DNA of 64,000 nucleotides, taken from IMG/VR virus record IMGVR_UViG_3300044707_000932, positions 35,073-99,072 of that record; one strand, given 5' to 3'. Positions within the stretch are counted from its first letter, which is position 1, and the number at the start of each line of letters is the position of its first letter. This DNA comes from a virus. A program made the translations under genes and the position numbers. Shown piece after piece: positions 61,881 to 64,000 of this stretch. The notes under the pieces are model-generated. The model was not told where the DNA came from. It saw only the letters and a list, made by a program, of their open reading frames with translations, and made no database searches.

Positions 61881-64000
61881 ATGTCTTATCAAAACATCAA
61901 TCAATATAATTATAGAAGACTCGGTCTGATATTCCTTAACGAAATCACTGACTTATGCTTGGCTTCCGACGAGAAAAGCTACGACCAAGAGGTGATTTTT
62001 TCCCCGTTATTAATTGGAGAAGATGATGGTAATAGGATGCCATTCAGGTTCGACTTCAATTCCACAGGAACAACACTCTGTCAATTTTCTCCTTGTAATT
62101 TTGATAATGATGTAATCGTCTCAGAAAATTATTGGAACCCAACAGATACTGACCCAAATTATTGTCCTATTGTAACTGAATTATGTAATGTTGGTTTAAC
62201 AGGGATTGATAATGGATTGGTGAAAAGAATGTCAGGGGAAACCATAGAAATTACAACTGGTTTATACACTAATCTATCTGACAAATTTAGTAGATACAAA
62301 TATGATAGGAGAATGAAAATGCATCCTATTACTGGGTTTACAACCTCATCAAACAGACTTTGGGATGATGGTTCCTATGACTATAATTTAGGTTGGGACA
62401 CTTATAATGATGCCGTTGGGTACTTCGCAAAACTTAATGGAGGATTTTTCCAAGGGTTTTATAAAATTCCTGGTTATGACTATCAAATTTTTCCTCAGAG
62501 GGTTAGTTTAGGTTGGACAGCAGAATTCATGTTGAGATATAGGTGGTCAGGGGATACCTCAGTTGGACTAAATGCTAGATATCCAAATAATAAAGGTACG
62601 TTCTTTTACATGGGAGCCCGAGCAGAAAACAAGTTTTACCATTATGCGGATGGACATCCCGTTCAAGACACAGGTTACACAAGAGTAACCTCAGGTCTCA
62701 CATGTATGCATACATGTGAATGTTTGTTGACAGGACTAACCGCCGAACATTCGTGTTATCAAGTGTATCAACCATCAGGTGGCACCTTATCGAATTGTTC
62801 TTGTTGTGGTCCTTGTCAATGTACGTCATATGCGGAATTTCCTGAGACAGACCCACTCTATGACGGGGTTTCAAATGCTTTATCACTGAGATTGAGTGGC
62901 GATACAGGTAATCCAAGATTATGTGTTAAAACATATCGAATTACAGGTGCTTGTGAAACCACTGGTGTATGTTCTACCGGTCTTACGTATGTTACAGGAA
63001 CAACAGTTTCCGAATGGTGTTCTACGAGAGGTATATTCGACGATTGTAAAAATACAACTTATATTGATTTGGAGCATTGGGTTCAAATTGATGCTGTTTT
63101 TCAAAGATATGAATGGTTTGATACTTGCGACTTGTATGACAAGGGTGGGCTTGGTTTAATTGTTGAAGACGTTTATACTGCCACTTCCGCGAACAACTCA
63201 GTAAATTTAGTTCTCCCACCTATAACCCATGAAAAAGATTATGACCCAGCGACCACCGAGATTGTTACTTTTAACGATAATTGGACATTAGAAGAAAAAT
63301 ATAGATTAGGAACTATGAAGTTCTACGTAAACGGTAGACTCTTTATGGTGGCGGAGAATTTTGAAGAGATTATACCAAGATTGTTGAATACTCCAAAGGA
63401 AAAACAAGTTGGTGTTAGCTATAACATTTCTTTGGGTGGTGGTACGCAAGGATTACATGATAACTTAACTTTTTCGGGTGGTTGTCCTGCTGAAATTGAT
63501 GACATTGTTTATCAACAAGACCCTGAATGTTTGACAACTGAGACATTGAATAACACAATTTACTCAGGTCTAACAACCCATATAAGATTGGAGGAGATAT
63601 TCGGTGGAAGTATGATTGGAGACATCAGTGCTTTCAGGATGTATACTGAACCTCTCAATGCGGGACAAATAGGTCATAATTTCCGGATTTTGAAAAACAA
63701 ATATAATTTGTTGGACCCTTCATGTCCTGATTGTTTTGTGATTATTTTACCTACTCCGACTCCAACACAAACTTCTACTCCAACCGAAACCCCAACAAAC
63801 ACACCTACACCAAGTGAAACTCCTACGCAGACGCCAACTGAGACACCTACAGAAACTCCAACAAACACACCTACAGAAACTCCAACAAACACACCTTCAG
63901 AAACTCCAACAAACACACCTTCAGAAACTCCAACAAACACACCAACACAAACGGAAACGCCTACCAACACACCTTCAGAAACACCAACAAACACACCAAC
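61881..64000 (+). CDS. large Cys-rich virion protein (LamG-like segments) with Thr/Pro repeats; partial, runs off the window
   Basis: Not in the ORF track (no stop). Reads [16 protein letters not shown]...; MKFYVNGRL and [14 protein letters not shown] LamG-like strands; TATTTAT at 61865. Confidence 0.85.
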   Translation, partial: MSYQNINQYNYRRLGLIFLNEITDLCLASDEKSYDQEVIFSPLLIGEDDGNRMPFRFDFNSTGTTLCQFSPCNFDNDVIVSENYWNPTDTDPNYCPIVTELCNVGLTGIDNGLVKRMSGETIEITTGLYTNLSDKFSRYKYDRRMKMHPITGFTTSSNRLWDDGSYDYNLGWDTYNDAVGYFAKLNGGFFQGFYKIPGYDYQIFPQRVSLGWTAEFMLRYRWSGDTSVGLNARYPNNKGTFFYMGARAENKFYHYADGHPVQDTGYTRVTSGLTCMHTCECLLTGLTAEHSCYQVYQPSGGTLSNCSCCGPCQCTSYAEFPETDPLYDGVSNALSLRLSGDTGNPRLCVKTYRITGACETTGVCSTGLTYVTGTTVSEWCSTRGIFDDCKNTTYIDLEHWVQIDAVFQRYEWFDTCDLYDKGGLGLIVEDVYTATSANNSVNLVLPPITHEKDYDPATTEIVTFNDNWTLEEKYRLGTMKFYVNGRLFMVAENFEEIIPRLLNTPKEKQVGVSYNISLGGGTQGLHDNLTFSGGCPAEIDDIVYQQDPECLTTETLNNTIYSGLTTHIRLEEIFGGSMIGDISAFRMYTEPLNAGQIGHNFRILKNKYNLLDPSCPDCFVIILPTPTPTQTSTPTETPTNTPTPSETPTQTPTETPTETPTNTPTETPTNTPSETPTNTPSETPTNTPTQTETPTNTPSETPTNTP
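63750..64000 (+). repeat. coding 24-bp repeat (TP[T/S]ETPTN)
   Basis: ACACCT(A/T)CAGAAACTCCAACAAAC tandem units. Confidence 0.92.

Noticed and set aside
62698-63994. Short track ORFs at the right end
   Set aside because: All overlap the long open frame starting at 61881, which the track missed because it has no stop in the window
1-64000. Stop-codon reassignment
   Set aside because: Core genes are intact in code 11 with dense coding; no suppressor anticodon (the 6969-7043 loop TTTCTAA reads TCT, not CTA)

Overview
A 64 kb segment of a large, AT-rich, T4-like (myovirus-type) bacteriophage genome using the standard genetic code. The host is very probably Bacteroidota: TAnnTTTG promoters, no Shine-Dalgarno sites, a Bacteroidia-type bS21, a G-starting tmRNA tag and an Oar-like TonB-dependent receptor all point that way. 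Layout: (1) 1-7 kb, a tRNA array (Cys, His, Ile, Trp, CAT-Ile2/Met, Gln, Ser, Arg) interleaved with small genes and several compact, apparently pseudoknotted non-coding elements; (2) 7-14 kb, envelope genes (DoxX, PspC, secreted protein, 1101-aa TonB-dependent receptor behind an attenuator-like leader, small beta-barrel); (3) 14-21 kb, a proteostasis block (tmRNA with a long tag, peptidases, ClpC lacking its N-domain, Hsp20, KTSC, nucleotidyltransferase); (4) 21-36 kb, the head module (Thr/Pro-repeat protein, terminase, portal, ribosomal protein bS21 on the opposite strand, prohead protease, scaffold, major capsid); (5) 36-44 kb, virion/baseplate genes and a gp55-like sigma factor; (6) 44-59 kb, a glycan-synthesis cluster (7 glycosyltransferase genes including GT10/GT11 types, 2 epimerases, 4 methyltransferases) with phoH, dUTPase and an exonuclease; (7) 59-64 kb, head-associated genes and a partial large virion protein ending in Thr/Pro repeats. 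Best candidates for an undescribed system: a phage-encoded L-sugar/O-methyl glycosylation pathway paired with mucin-like virion proteins; a tmRNA/ClpC/bS21 translation-and-proteolysis takeover module; and a set of small pseudoknotted RNAs in the tRNA array. All calls are by-eye motif recognition and hand folding; no searches were run.
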